Assembly (NCBI RefSeq): GCF_036321535.1
Contig: NC_087436.1
Coordinates: forward strand, 97,342,001-97,406,000
Reading direction: 5' to 3'
DNA length: 64,000 nucleotides
Source of the DNA: Camelus dromedarius
Taxonomy: Eukaryota
The position numbers and the translations under genes were made by a program. Every line of letters starts with the position of its first letter. The stretch's first letter is position 1. This document shows positions 26,612-41,254 of this stretch, one piece after another. The notes beneath the pieces were generated by a model. The model searched no databases and was not told the DNA's origin. It was given only the letters and a program-made list of their open reading frames with translations.

Positions 26612-28689
26612 TATAGCTGAGTTCTGGTTGTCTTCTTGACTGGTCCCCCATTACACTGAGGGCTTTTAGGGGCTAATGACTGCGCTGTATGCACCACCTC
26701 ACCTGATCCCTGGTTCACACCTTGTTCTTAGTTAATGTTGAATGAAGGCGCGAATGGTTTGAGAGACAATTTTCTGAAGGTCGTTTCTTTCTCCCTCTCT
26801 AGAAAAATTTAGTTATTCAAATGAAGGTACCAAAAAATGGACCTCAAGACATCTTTTGCTTATTTATAGGATGAGCAAGTGTTCAGTTCATTTTTTAAAA
26901 TTTTCATAAACATTTTTGCTTAAGAAAATAGGACTTGGAAACAATTGTGTACACTTTGTTATTGTCACATTTCTTGTAGGGTTCAAAGTATTCTTTGTCC
27001 TTACCTTGGAGCATTTGGCACTTCTGCTCCAAGGAGCAGCTCTGGTAATGAGAGAATATGTTTTGTGCACTCTTGGTGCTGCCAGTAATGCTTTCAAACT
27101 AAAAATTAATTTTTAAACAGTAGGCTTCTGTGACCATGACACTGTTATTAAAATCTCTTTTTGGCACAATCTCCAGCTTTCTTTAGTCATTGTTGATGCT
27201 TTTATTTTTTAAAAGCTACATTTTATGTTACATTGGTAACTTTTCCTCAAAATTAATATTTAATCCAAAGTATATTGGAAAATAAAATAGAAGTGCATTA
27301 ACATTACATAAGCCTGAAGTTTGTAGGGTCTTAAAGTTTTATTTAGCATGTTGAAACAGGGCACTTTTTTTTTTTTATATCTTCTCTGGGAACAAATAAG
27401 AAGTATGGGAAAGAAATGTGCTAAGGACAAATAGATCAGGACATTCTACAATATTTGGAGTCAAAGGTAAAATAATAATTTTTAAAAGTATAATATCCAT
27501 ACATTTCTAAGTCAAAATAGACTATGTTAGGAATTGGCATTTATATTATTTTCATACATAATTATAATTTATGCTTTAGAAATGTTAATATTTTGAAAGG
27601 GAGGAAAATAGAAGAATTGTTTCTGTGAGTTACCTTGAAATGATTCTTTATTGAAAATCTCTTTCTCATTTTAGTTTTAGAATAGTAATACTTGACTTTT
27701 AAAAACCAAGAGTAAGAGCACTTAGTTATAGATGGTAAGCCCTTTTAATAATAAAGTCAGATTGTCAGGGGCATTTGCTGCCACTTCTTTGAATTAATTT
27801 GACTCCCTGTCTCCAAATGGATTCCTTCCCTTTGGGAAAAAAAGATCCTCTAATCTAAATGTGCTTCTGCCAGAAACAAAACTGCTGGTCAGTTCCGTTC
27901 AGGCCAGTTTATCATCTCTTGACAGTCTATTATCTATCAGAACTTATTTTTAATTAGAAGGGTACAAAAATGAATGGCACTTCCAGACTGGTGGGAGAGA
28001 GAAACAAAAATATTATTTCCCGTTCAAGAGAATTGCTGAGGAATCGCTTAAAATTCCCATAAATTCAAGGAAATCTTGGAGTATATGGATCCCTAGCCTG
28101 AGAATTGAAGAATAAATAAGTTAAGGTGGAAAGGCCCGTGTATGTGTGCCCATCTTTTAGTTCTTCCTAATTACTAACTAAAAGGTTAAATGATGACATG
28201 GGATGTGGCAAGAGACGTGGTTGGTGAGATGGATGTGGTGTGTTTCTAGCAAAAAGCTGGGGTCCCACCCCCTTATGTAGAACTCTTACTCTACTGGGGA
28301 CATAAAAGTTAAAGAGATTAATTGTTTGACAGAAGCGTAGGGTGCCCGAATATTTAGGAGGGGCTCCTAATTTGGTTTAGATTTAGAGCAGACTTCTTGG
28401 AAATGTGTAATATTCCCAAGGATAAGTGTGAACTAGTCATAAGGGAAGAATGTAGAGGAAAGGGATCACAGAGTCAGCACAGAAGAAAAAGGAAGTGCTT
28501 GGTGTTGGAGGAACTGTTAGAAGTTTGTTTGGTGTTTTTGAAAGTTGTTGTGTGCAGAGAGAAATTGGCAAGATATGAGCCTGGAAAGATACGTGGGGTC
28601 TTCATATACATACACACATACATATACATACATATATACATACTTCATATACATACATATATGTACACATTGTGCTTATATGTCTAAAT

Positions 28690-29790
28690 ACAAATTTTAA
28701 ATTAACTTTTACTTTCAGAACATTTTTACATTTGTAGAACCATCGTGAAGAGAGTATAGTGAGGACTTCACACCCCACATTTAATATTATTAGCATCTTA
28801 TATCACCATGGAATATTTGTTACAATGAACCAATCTAATACATCATTATGAACTCAAGTCCATACTCTATTCAGATTTCCTTGGTTTCTACCTTTCTGTT
28901 CCAGGAACCCATTCAGGATACATTACACTTGTTCCTCAGGGCCCCTTAAGCTCCCCATTACTGTGACAGTTTCTCAGACTTGCCTTGTTTTTGATGACTG
29001 ACGGTTTTGAGTAGCACTGGTGAGGCATTTTGTAGAATGCCCCTCAGCTGGAATCGGTGTCATGTTTTTCATGAGTAGACTGGGGCGCTGTGTGTTGGGG
29101 GGGAATACCAAACTGCCTTTCTTATCGCTTGGTATCAGAAGCACATGCTACCAATATAATTTATCACTGCTGATGTTAACCTTGATCACCTGGCTTGAAG
29201 TAGCGTCCGCTTTGTCCACTGTAAATTTGCCCTTTCTTGTTGTCCCTTTTCGTACTTTACTCTTTGGAAGGAAGTCACTGTACACAACTCGCAGGAAAGA
29301 AGTTGAAGTGTGCTCTGCCTCCTGGAGGGAGGAGTATCTACACAAATTATTTGGAATTTTTCTGTATGTAATATTTGTCGATTTCACTCCTATATATTTA
29401 TACAAGTATTTATTCTAATAACTATGACAAGTGGTATATTTGCCTTATCCTTTGGGTTATAATCCAATTCGACCTTGTTTATTTTGTTGTTGGTATTATT
29501 CCAGTTCTGGCTGTTCAGAGCTCCTTCCATTATCTCCTGTGTCCTTTTGAAAACCCCCCAGCATTGTGGTTTTTGTTTATTTATTTCTGACGGCTTTCTT
29601 TCTGGCACTACAGATTCTCCAGGTTCATCTTCTACATTTTCTACCCCAGTCCTGGAATCAGCCATTTCTCCAAGGAGCCCTGATTCCTTTTACTGGAGGA
29701 TGCTATTAAAATCAAGGTCTGGGGACCAGGTGTGCTCACGGCTACTGGGGTGTGTTTGCTTTTAGACCCTTTGAGAGACACAGAAAGGAA
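28690..29790 (-). mobile_element. L1MC4/L1MD-like 3'UTR
   Basis: 'ctcaagtccatactctattcagatttccttgg', 'ctgtgacagtttctcagacttgccttgtttttgatgac', 'cctggaatcagccatttctccaaggagccctgattccttt'. Confidence 0.85.
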
Positions 29791-31199
29791 ATCTTTATTG
29801 TGGCTTCTATCCCTTAGTGTTAGATAAAATCATCCCATGACTGAGAGCCAAAGCATGGAGAAGATCTCTCATGGATGGCTTATTCCCTTTGAGAAGCCCA
29901 CTCTTCTGTTCTGCAGGGAGCATTGGAAGGACGCCATTCTGCTGCTTCTGTTCACCTTGGGGCACAGAAGTCTTGGGAAGGCTGGTAGTCTGCATACCCT
30001 CGATCCAGCCCTTTCTTTCAGATGCATTGCTGTCCCTCCTACACCTTGTCAGAGGCAGGATACAGGGTGTAGGGCACAGACCATCGTTGATCATAAAACA
30101 CACCAACTTCCTTCTCTTCCTCATCTCTTTGCATCTCAGCCACATTGCTTTTCTAGCCATTCTTTTTTCTTGACTTTCCTCTCCCTTTTCTCATGGGAAA
30201 CACTCTTCATTATGGTCTCAATATATTAAATGTTTAAATATCTCTTCAATATATTAAATATCTTTGAGAAAATGAAAGCCAGAAAGAGAAGTGTCTTCCT
30301 GAAGAAAAATCTAAATTTCCCCTGGGCTATATCTTTAAATTCAACAGATCTGATATTTTCTCAATATAATATGTGCCCTGACACCAATAGCTTTGTGTGC
30401 TTGTGTGTGAACACACACTTGAAAAAGCACGTATATAGGAGAAGAATGAAAATGGGAAGAATATTGGGAAATATTGACATTTAACAGTAATCACTGGTGT
30501 TTTTTTCCCTTACATTAACAACTTTAATCTAGACTTAAAAAGTGGGAGGGGGGAAAAAAACCTCCGCATGTTCTATTTTTGTATTTCAGCACAGAGACTT
30601 CTAACGACTGCAGCCCTGATATATTCTGGGAATTCAAACCCAATTTAGTGTGATCTACAGATTAAAATGGCTTAATTTCAATGGTCTCACCTCATTATTT
30701 CCTGTATGGATTTTTAAAATGAAACTTCTACAACTGTGTTAAATAAATTCCTAAAGCATTACTTTACGTCTCTAGTATTTAAGACAGACACGGACACATT
30801 AAAAAGGGGCGCTCTGATTAAGAGTACAATACAGGATCCAGAGTAAACTGAAGAGATTTATTTGTAATCTTCGAAGCTTGTCAATGTTTTAGTTCTGGAA
30901 CATAGAGAAACTGGCTGCAAAAATATTGGGAAAGGAGCGTGTCAAAAAACCACAAACTGCACTACAATGGTTTCTGCTGGTTCTGGTAAATGAACCCTAA
31001 GCCTCTGCTTCCAGAAGCAATGCTCTTCACGATAACTCTTCATTTCCAAATAACCCTCAGAGCACTTTTATTTGATATGTGTGTATATATGTTTGGGAAA
31101 GAGCATGTTTGTGTCTGAGGATATGTGCAGACATACAAATTAAAAGCAAACTTTTTTTTCCATTATAACATACTTGTTGTGCATATATTTACTTATTGC

Positions 31200-31380
31200 A
31201 ATTTTATAATAATCTTAGCAATATCACTACTATTATCATTCCATTTTTACAAATTGGACATTTGAAGTAAGTAATTTGCCAAAGCTTGCTTAGAAATAAA
31301 CAACTCAATGCTTATTAAATCCAGGATTTAAAATCTAGTTAATATGGCTCCAGAGTCCATGTTCTTAACTTCTTCTCTGT
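31200..31380 (-). mobile_element. MIR SINE
   Basis: 'tactattatcattccatttttacaaa...aagtaatttgcc...ggatttaaaatctag...ggctccagagtccatgttcttaac'. Confidence 0.75.
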
Positions 31381-32516
31381 GTGGTTCACCGTGCTGGGCT
31401 CAATGCATTACTTTATTAATATCTATATGAGCAATAGCACAAAATGAACATAATATTTTATGTTCCAATTCATCATTATTTTTCATAGTGAAGTAGTGAT
31501 TTAAGATAAAATGACACAAGATTGTTTTGCTTCTCTTCCAAAATACTTTTCTGTACTCTTTTAATTTCATTTTCTCAAAGCTCTGAGATAATATCAGATT
31601 AAAGGATCAATATAATCCTAATATTCAATTTGATTAATATACCTTATATTACTATTATATATTGTGTTATGTATTTTATGTTGTTACATAATGAATATTA
31701 TATACTATTATTATCTATAGAGAGAGAGCATACAGGGATAAAAAGATTTGATTAATAACACATGGGGTTGATTTGAGGAACATGTTACGGTGCTTCATGC
31801 ACTTGTACAACCTCTAGATGCCTTCTCATAGTTTCTGTTAATTCATCATTCAAATTGCAGAGGAGTCAACAATTATTCACAATGGTTGTAATATGAGAAG
31901 AAACCATATTTCTTAATTCCGGGACATCAGTGTGTCTTCTGGGATAAATGGTATTTTGGATACGTTCACTGTTAACTTTCCCACCAGAACACAGATTGGG
32001 TTTGCTATCAGTGATATTGATGAGTTGTCCTCAGATGGCTGAAAACGGGGGCTGCAGGAGTGATTGAGCTCTGTGGGCGGGAGAGACAACTGCATCCCCG
32101 GGAGGTGTGAGGCGTCTGGGGAGTTTTGGAGGCCTGGTGCTGCCATTTATACTTCTCTTCCCTGGAACTCTTTCTTCGTAACAGATTTTGAACTAAAAAT
32201 AAAGAAAATATCCCATACTCTGCTGGAGTTTAATTTTTTCAAAGAAATCTTGCCACCTCTTCTGAGAAAATGTCTAACGGATTTTACACCCTTTCCTCCT
32301 TTTATTATTTCTACCAACCTGGCTACATTTTTCTTTTAAAATAAAAAACATTAAGGTCAACATTGCCTTTACTTTTTAATTGTTTGTTTTCTTTCTACCA
32401 AGAAACTGGAAACTTCAAGATCTTCATTAATTTTATGTTATGATTTAAATCTTGATTTCTATTTGATCTTCAGTAAAAACTCAAATTTAATCACTCAGTA
32501 TATTAGATTGTGGTGT

Positions 32517-32545
32517 GGTGTGTGTGTGTGTGTGTGTGTGTGTGT
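32517..32545. repeat. (TG)n microsatellite
   Basis: Read directly. Confidence 0.95.
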
Positions 32546-33170
32546 AAGGCACAAACCGTTGAGATTTTGTTTGTAAATAATGTAAACCACTAAGCTACAA
32601 ACAAGAAATGCTGATATTTATTTTGCCAGAGACAAGTTCAGGAGCTTTTTGATGGTTTTGTATTTTCTCACTGGAAGTGTATTTTGCATACCACCTGCAA
32701 AAAGGTGAAATTATAAATGCTTTTTCAGAAAGCGGGTGGACCTATATTAAAACTACTTCTGAGAATCCATCAGGTTATAGGCAAAAATCATTTGATTAGG
32801 AAATATTCATATTATTAGAGATTTATTTTGATGATGTATAGTCAATATATAGTTGTAACAACCTGAGTCCATAGTTTCAAGCCTCTGTACCCAGATCTTC
32901 TGCAAGTTGGAGATGAATATTAACAAGCAAAAGAGTTAGATGAAAAAGACAAGCTAATAAAATATGCCCTACTTCTGGTTTTAAATGGACAAATTCTAGA
33001 TTAACTTGGGCATTTTGAAAGTTACTGGTAATTTTTTGAATGCTAGCATAGTATCTTTTGAAATAAGAGACACTCTCTACAACTTTCTGAAGAGGCTATA
33101 CTGGGCTTTGGACATAATTTCCCCGGGCAAAATATTTTTGATACAGAAGATTGTATCAGCATCAAGAGGA

Positions 33171-33510
33171 AATCATATAATCTTAAACTGGGAAGGATCT
33201 TGGAAATCACCTGATAAACATTCAAACAAGTTGGAAATTACCTTTGTCAAATGCCTGGCCACATGGTGGTCAACCAGTTGCTCTTTGGAGTCACCTCTAT
33301 GAATGGTGTCTTGACCTCTCTTCAGAGTGGTTCTAATTGTTACTTACTGTCTTTTGGTCATTTCATTAGATAAAAATTCCACTCTAAGTTCTGTTCTTCC
33401 TTTTGAATCTAGAAAGAGTCTTATTGCTCACTGACCAAATGTCTTTTATTGAAGACAGCCAACCTGTCCATGTTATCTCTTCTTTTCTACCCTAAATAAA
33501 CTCAGCTTTG
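33171..33510 (-). mobile_element. L3/CR1 LINE 3' end
   Basis: 'aatcatataatcttaaactgggaaggatcttggaaatcacctg' and 'ttgaagacagccaacctgtcc...tcttcttttctaccctaaataaactcagct' match antisense CR1/L3. Confidence 0.7.
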
Positions 33511-33559
33511 TCGTTCAGATAAAAGGATACTAGAGAGAACATTAGTTTCTACTATTTTG

Positions 33560-33716
33560 AGTTCTGGTTCCCAGTTGTCTTCTTAGGCCCCCTTTCCCCC
33601 TTATTTCCTCTCCTCCTTTAGTTCTGTGAGTTACTGTGTCTTATTCTGTAAGTTTCTTTTTTTTTCTCCTGAAATTATCTGCAATTGGATTTTGTTGTTT
33701 GGGATCAACAAACTCT
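33560..33716 (+). mobile_element. Old MLT1 LTR 3' fragment
   Basis: 'ttctgtgagt...tttcttttttttt...attggattttgttgtttgggatcaacaaactct'. Confidence 0.5.
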
Positions 33717-34989
33717 ACAGTAGGAGAGTTATCATGTGTAAAAAAAAAAAAGTATAAAAATGTATACACATTTTGTATTTCACTCTAATTTATTGATTTT
33801 ATCTTTTAAATATTGTCTTGGATTTCTTTACATTGCAAATTGAGAAAAATGACACATTCCTCTAAATGTTTGACTGCCCCATGGCCCAGCATTGTTACTC
33901 TTAGGAGTAAGGATACCACCATTTGATAAACACAGTCATGGCCTCTTTGGTAAGAGGCAGAATTAGATTTTAGCAGGTAGTCAAAGATAGTAGATTTGAT
34001 TTAACTCCTATTTCAATGATTTAATTGTTAGTAAAAAAAAAACTTAGATTTTAGCAGTTAAAACATGGGTCTGTTTGTCTTGTATGTTTTCCTTAACTTG
34101 AAAATACATCACTATTTAAGGTACTCAGTAAAATTCACTAGGTGACTCATTCTGGCAGTGTGCTTGACAGCTAGCTTAGAAGAATGACAGCTTCAGCATT
34201 TATAATTACTGCCAGATCGTTTCATCTTCAGAAACACCACATGCTGGCTTACACCTGAGAAAGGACAGTCTTACTTCATATACATCAACAATTTTAATAC
34301 AATAACCTTTCCAGTATCCTCTAAGCATCTAAGAAATAGTTAAGCCTGCCTGGCAGGCACATTCAACCTTGCAAGCCTGACTGAGCTCAGCTGGATTCCA
34401 ATGGAATGATTCGAAGCAGGATATGAAAAACAGAAAAAAAAATATTTAGTTAGAAACAACATGATCATCAACATTTGGGCACTGCTGAGGATGGACAATC
34501 TTTTTATCAGTTTTGTTCTTTATTTCCCAAAGAAAGGGCACCTGAGGCCCCTGTCTAACAGTGAATATTTTACCCAGCTGGAAGGACTTATAAACAGCTT
34601 TATCATTATAGCTTAGGTAGTTTTTTTTTCTTCTCTTAACAAGTTCAGCAATATTCACTTTAGTAAAGCAAGTATAATTGACCATGCAAATGCAGTTACC
34701 AATACACTCAATTTTCTCTTCTAATTTTATGCGGAGGCAGATTATATTGCAAACAGATAGATATTTACTAGGCTCATATGTCTTTCATTTTCTCAGTGGG
34801 TAAATAACCATATGCAATTTATTTTATGTTTTTGTTAAATATTTTCCACAAGGTCAAAAGAAGGGAGTTGAGCATCGTCTTTCAAGATGTTCTCCCAGGT
34901 ATGTATGTATATATATGTACCTCTGTATATGTATAATATATATGCCCACAAATGCATACACATAAACATATATATTATATTAGGTATCA

Positions 34990-35680
34990 CTGAGAGGCGG
35001 GATGACAAAAGATGTGGCAAAATGTTCACAATGAATGTATCTGTGCAAAGGAGGTACAGAAGACCTCTGTATTATTCTTGTTACTTTTTGGGGAATTTGA
35101 AATTCTTTAAAATAAAAAGTTAAAAATAAAACAATGTATTTCAGATGTGTGACAAAAAAAGAGGCGCATTTGAAAATAGTTTGCATGTACAATGATCTTT
35201 TTGTCCCTTAACATTTTCATGTGTATTTCCTAGGAATAAGAATATTCACATAAGAAATTATGTGACCTATAAAGTTATCAAATGTAAATAATTTAACATG
35301 GATACTTTATTCTATGAATCATACCCTGATTTTTGTCCCAATAATGTCCTTTGTGGCATTTTTTTCCCCATAAAGGGTGCGGTGTGGGATCACATAATGC
35401 ATTTACTTGTCAAGGCTCCTTTTTCTCCTTCAATCTGGAAAAGTCCCTTAGTTTTCCAGTACCTTAGAGGACACTGACATTTTTGAAGAATCTAGGCCAG
35501 TTATTTTACAGAATGATTCTCAGTTTGGGTTTGTCTAATGTTTCCTCACGATTAGATTCAGGTTATGCATTCCTGGCTGAAAAACAACAAAAGTGATAAG
35601 TCCTTCTCTGGATATTGGATCTGCTGGGAACACAATCTAACACTTGGTTTTATTTTTATTGTTTTCTATTGTGGTACATA
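34990..35680. mobile_element. Two L1M fragments: + strand L1ME-type 3' terminus (34990-35130) and - strand L1MC5-like 3'UTR (35190-35680)
   Basis: 'tgtggcaaaatgttcaca...ttgaaattctttaaaataaaaagtt'; 'tgacatttttgaagaatctaggccagttattttacagaatg...tttgggtttgtctaatgtttcctcacgattagattcaggttatgcatt'. Confidence 0.8.
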
Positions 35681-38557
35681 AATTTCTCCCCCAAACCCAA
35701 AGGAATTTAAAAAGGTAAACACAAGAAGGGGAGGCAGCTGGAAACGGATTGTTAATGGTGCCTCGTAGGAGGTATTCTCAATGGAAAGGATATTTCAGCA
35801 TCTGATTGGTGAATCCCTTTTCCAGCAGAGAATATTGAAAGCACCTCTCACCCAGTTGTGTACCTTTTTCCCAGCAGTGATAAAACATTGATCAAATGAT
35901 GCAAAAAGCCTTAACACTGAGACAGCTGACTAGCATGCTCAGAGAGAGAGAGACCAGGAGGGAAGTCCATGCAGTGTCCAGGCCTGGATCATCAGGAGAC
36001 ACACCTTTCCTACAGTGACAAGCAGTCAGCAGCAGACATGGGTGTCAGAAATCAACAGACTGCTGTTTAAAATCTGAATGGTGAACAGCAGTGCCCTGAA
36101 AAGAGAGAGGTAGAGACAGTTTTGATTTGACCTACACTGTCTTGAGACTGGGTGCTTCTGCCTTGTGGTTTTTCCCAGTCTCCGGCATCTGCAAGAGAAC
36201 TGAAGCAGGACGGAGCTGACCTGGAACTCTAATTAGCTCGATGCTGACTATCTCTAACACCACCTCTAGCTTTAGCTCTGTTTCAATTCAAACACTGATT
36301 CAATCTAACTCAAATTTCTTCTTGTTTTTTACTCTTCTTTCTCAAAGACTGGGTTTATTATGTATGTAGATTATGACAGCAAGTTTTATATAGCCTTTTG
36401 GTTTCTAAATAAATATGATCCATACTGAAAAGGAAAAAAAAAAGATGGCAAGTCAATCCATAGCTCATTCTCTATTTCTCCACAAATTCTAGATGACCTG
36501 AAAATTGTTTTCCTAACCTTTTTTAGCTTAACTCCTTCATGCCTTCCCTGCCTCCTTTGCTAGATTTCAGCACTGTCATTAATTCCTACTGAGCACATCA
36601 TAGACTATTTTTCTTTCTGCCATGCATGGAAAACGGCCTTCATTAATTTCTTAATGAGACGTTAATTGAAACCACAGTACCAGAAAACATAGTGCTCATG
36701 ATCTGTAGTTTGTGGTAAATAGTTCTGCAGTGTGGCAATCCTTTGTTTTTCTTGGAAACATCTCTAGATAGAGAATACGCTAGAATTAAACATGCATCTG
36801 AAATGAGATGGATTCTCTAATGCTTACCATATGCACAATAGGATAAACAGAACTCTTTCAACAATATCCTCATTTTTTTTGAGTTGTGACAAAATATGGG
36901 TGAAATGAAAACAAGTCATCTCTATGGTTCAAGTTTAAATAAAACTATAAGTGGTTTAAAATAAACTGGACAAAAATAAGAATTATTAAACATACACAAG
37001 ACCGAAACAGTTAATGACACTAGATTTCAATACCACAAGACTGTCAAGCCTTATTGGGGTTGATGCATCACATTTTACTGTTAATATTAATATTTATCTT
37101 CCTCAATCTCACACTATCAAAGAGCCTTTAGAATAAGACACAGAGTAATTAAAAATGTAAGAGACTTTACAGGAAATGGAAAATTGTGATAACTTGAAAT
37201 CTGTCTCTAAGGAAAGCGGGCAATATTTATGACAGCTGGGTTATATATTTTTGAACTGAGTATTGCAGGATAGATTTTAGGGCACAAGTGGGTTCAGGTA
37301 ACTTGGGTAAGAGTGAATCTATAGCCGTTCTGTACAGAAAATACAATCTTCTATATAATGTCGGAACTTGGGAAGCAAAGTGCATCCTTTTAATATGCAA
37401 TGCGAAAAAGCCTTACTGCACTCATCCTTGCTTTTAATGGCTTCAACATCTTATGTCAATGACTTTAGAGGGAACAGGGTAGGATGGTGGTTTACCTGTT
37501 ACTGACAGCATACGCTGCTCTGATCATCAGGAACAGGACTTGAAATATGAAATTGATGCTCTTACTTTGTTGCGACAACCTGGGTGGCCTTGATGAAGGC
37601 ATTTAAAAACACCAAAAATCTGTCCTTGAATTTCCTCATCTGCAGCATAAAGAAGTGGGACCAGGAACACAAGCTCTGCTGTAATATGATTCAGGGAAAC
37701 GCTCTGGAAAATCAACTGCATGTGTGCTGCTTGTTAGTCCCTTGTTGAAGCTGATCGTAGCAGAGTGACAGTGGAGGAGTGATTTTCCTATTGAACGATC
37801 ATCATGGTGGTCACCCGATTTCTTGAATTCCGTTATTGGAAATTCTGCCATATACATGCACTGTAGGAAAAAAATGCAAATCTAGCAACTTACAAACTGA
37901 AAATAGAGCAAATTGCTCCTGAAAGACATTTTCCATTTAATCCTACAATTCTGAGGCAATATTCTTCTTTCTGTCTATTCTATTTTGCAAGGCTAATCTG
38001 TTTTAAAAGGTTCACTGCCTGAGAATATTAAGTGATATTTATATAGGCTCTGAGCACCTTCTTGCAATTTGGGGGAGGTAAGCCCATCAGTTCAGTGGTG
38101 ATACTGACAAAACTTGAGCACATTTCAAAATGTTGCATCAAATGCTCATTTCTGTTTCTTATGAAGCCATAGCTTTCATCTTGGACTGTTCAATTAGAAA
38201 AAAATTATACATAGTGTAGTCTTGCTTTATCTTCTGTAGGTTGATCCTATGTCAGAAAACTCAAGTGCTACTGAGGTAAGAAGTGTGACCCAGCTGGAAA
38301 GGGCAGGGAGGACACACGAAAAGAGAAAGTGGAAACAGCGTGAATGATTAAAAAATGAGCCTGAGTGTCTTTGAACCAGAATCACTGACATAGGACTTTG
38401 CTCTGTGTTTCCATTTCTTGGTATTGCCGTCTGTCCTTACCACAGTTCCCCCATCTTCCTCCTACCTGAATTCTCTGAAATTAGCAAAAGCAGCCTGACA
38501 AAGATTCATGGAAAATATATATAATACTTAAAATAATTTAGTACATATTTTGATGAT

Positions 38558-39029
38558 TGCATGATTTTCTTAGGTTGGCTATTACAAAATGCCACAAGTG
38601 GCATGGTTTCAAAACCAGAAATTTACTTTTCTTACAGTTCTGGAGGCTAGAAGTTCAACATTAAGGAGTCCACAGAGTTGGTTCCTCCCAAGGGCTGTGG
38701 AGGGGAGTCTGTCACATGCCTCTTGTCTGGCACACGGTTGTTTGCTGATGCTCCTGGGCTTTCCTTGGCTTCTGCTGATCCCCTGATCTGTGTCTTCATC
38801 CTCACACGGCATTCTCCCTGTGCACCTGTTTATGTCCAAATTTGCCCTTCTTGTAAGTTCTCCAGTCATTTGAGATTAGTGGCCCACCCTGCTCCAGTAG
38901 GACCTCATCCTAATTGAACTAATGACATCTGTGCAATGACCCTATCTCCAAATAAGGTCTCATTCTGAGATAATGGGGTATAGGACTTAAACATGTGAAT
39001 TTTGTGGGGAACACAATTCAACCCCAACA
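38558..39029 (-). mobile_element. MLT1C-like MaLR solo LTR, near full length
   Basis: 'ctattacaaaatgccaca...cagaaatttactttt...acagttctggaggctagaagttc...tccaaataaggtctcattctgag...acacaattcaaccccaaca'. Confidence 0.92.
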
Positions 39030-40609
39030 ATTATATTTTAGAAAATACAACTTGGCCAACTCTGCTGTGTCTTGTCTCCAAGATGCAGTGACACCTCACA
39101 TCGCTGATTGTGCTGTTCACTTTTGCTGTCCTAGTTTTTCTGTTTTGCCTCTTTTATTGTGGTTATGAATCTCCAGTATCTAGCACAGTTGCTGATACAT
39201 AGTATGTCTGTGAAATTGAACTGAGCTAGTTCATACTGTTGAAATATATCTTTCTATTTCCTCTATTTTTCCCTCTATTTCTAAGACCATCCTGCCTGGT
39301 CCCTGGGCTATTAATCCTTTGCCGCCCTTCCAGAAGCCTTTCATTTTGGTAAATGAAAAGCCTATATTATTGCCAGACCCAGCATCTAAATATTCAAAAG
39401 TCTGGGTAATTTTTTTTAAAGCATGGGAAATGATTCCCGATTTATGATATAATTCCCATTTCCCTAAACATTTATAAATCAAGACTAAATATTCCTTTTG
39501 ACATGAATAATTCCATGACCACATTGATCATAGCAAATAGACTTACTTTATATTAAAGTATTTCAAGTCTGAAATAGATTTTTTTTTAACCTTGTGATTT
39601 AGAGCAAGACATTTTGTAGACTATTAGTTCTTCATGGATTCTTGCTGTCAATCGCTCAAATAGCATAGAAATAATTGCAACCCTCATCAGGTTGTGAGGG
39701 CCAGTATTTCATATGACATCTCAATTTGAAATCAATATACTATTGATGTTCTGCAATGTAATGGTTTGTGGAGGTGCTAAACTGGAAGATGAAATGTAAA
39801 ATCCATTGATGGTGGCAGTCATCAATTGATGGGCTGAAGTCACTCTTTATTTCTTGAGGTGGTCACAGCAATATGAAGACAATTCACTCTTAAAAAAAAA
39901 ACAAACCTCGATATCGTGGTCAATAGTATGTTTTTCAATTATGTAATTTCAAATGGCCAAGGCAGTGTCAGAAATACTTTGGAATGAAATGAGATGCATT
40001 GTCTTCCAAATGACAGTACCACCTGCGGCCAGGCTTTAGAGTTACTTTCTCTTGGCAGCAAACCCATAAATACCTCGGCCCTAGACACACAGGCCAGGTG
40101 CTCGCTTGGTCTGTGGGATCACTCATGAGACCGATAGTAGCTGGTATTATTTTTCTTTCTGAAGCAGCTTTTATTTAAGTAAACTGGAAAGGATAAGGAT
40201 TTTAATGAATGTTCTAAAAAAGTGAATGTTGCTATTCACACTCTTAGACAGAGGATATATGAAACCCAGGGGTTTTCCCTAATCCCTGATTGCTATTTTA
40301 TTTCTCATTTATAAGCTAACCACTTAAGAAGGATCCTCTATGTTTAAAAGATAGATAACACTTTCCTCATTAATATTACAGAGACCCTGTACCTATGTAA
40401 ACAAATGAATCTGAAACAAAACAAGAAAAACAAAACACTGAACTGAGCTATTTGTAAAATTTCAACAGACGTTTGTAATCTTAGGATTTGTCCTAAAACC
40501 TAATTCATTTCTGATTTTGGAGCTCATACTTAATTTGTCTGACATTTATTCATCATCAGAATGTTTTCATTTGTCCCATATATAGGTCATAACATTTCCA
40601 GTTCTGTAG

Positions 40610-40750
40610 AAGATACAGTCTCCAGTTATTTGTCTATGAACCTCAATTCCTCATCTTTACAGTAGGAATCACAGTGCCTCATAGCCTATGGAGTTGTTTG
40701 AGGATAAAACAGAAAAACATACAAAAAATGCCCAATGGCTATAAGCTGAT
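40610..40750 (+). mobile_element. MIR SINE
   Basis: 'aacctcaattcctcatctttacagtaggaat...gttgtttgaggataaaa'. Confidence 0.7.
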
Positions 40751-41254
40751 AGTTAGAGTCACCAAACACATACTAAGCACCTACCATCTTCTGGACATTC
40801 TGAAAATAAAAAATATATTATTTTATTTTTCTGAAAAATGATTTCTTTATGTGCAGCCTACCAACTTGGAAAAAAAAACTGTTAAAACAGTGATTCTGGT
40901 GCATTACTCTATAAATTGAAACCACTTATAATTGCACGGAGGATTCACCACAGCCATTGAATGCAACCAAAAGCTAGAAAGTAAGCAAGATTCAGTTTTC
41001 ATTTCTTCTCCCTGGTTTTCTAGTTTATTAAAACTGGCATTTAGAGTTGCTCCCTGATTTACCAAAGCAGAGCTGTTGGAAATGCTTTTAGTTCTTTCCC
41101 AAAATTTATAATCAACATTATACCATAATATATCTTGGGGGAGTTAAAACATTGACTTATAATCAGGGGGTCTCAATCCTAAATCTCTTTCTTACTGTCA
41201 CTTATATTTAATCTTATCTTCTGCTATATGGGATTATCAACAAAATAAAAAACA

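Noticed and set aside
29020..30229. Cluster of 85-132 aa ORFs
   Set aside because: They are mostly inside an L1MC 3'UTR or overlap on both strands with no splice context or domain, so they are likely chance ORFs.
37566..37700. 'FLNAFIKATQVVAT' resembling the I-BAR/IMD motif FLDAFQKVADMAT
   Set aside because: The match is short, its spacing to upstream IMD motifs is wrong, the frame has several stops, and two other frames look equally plausible, so no gene name is assigned.
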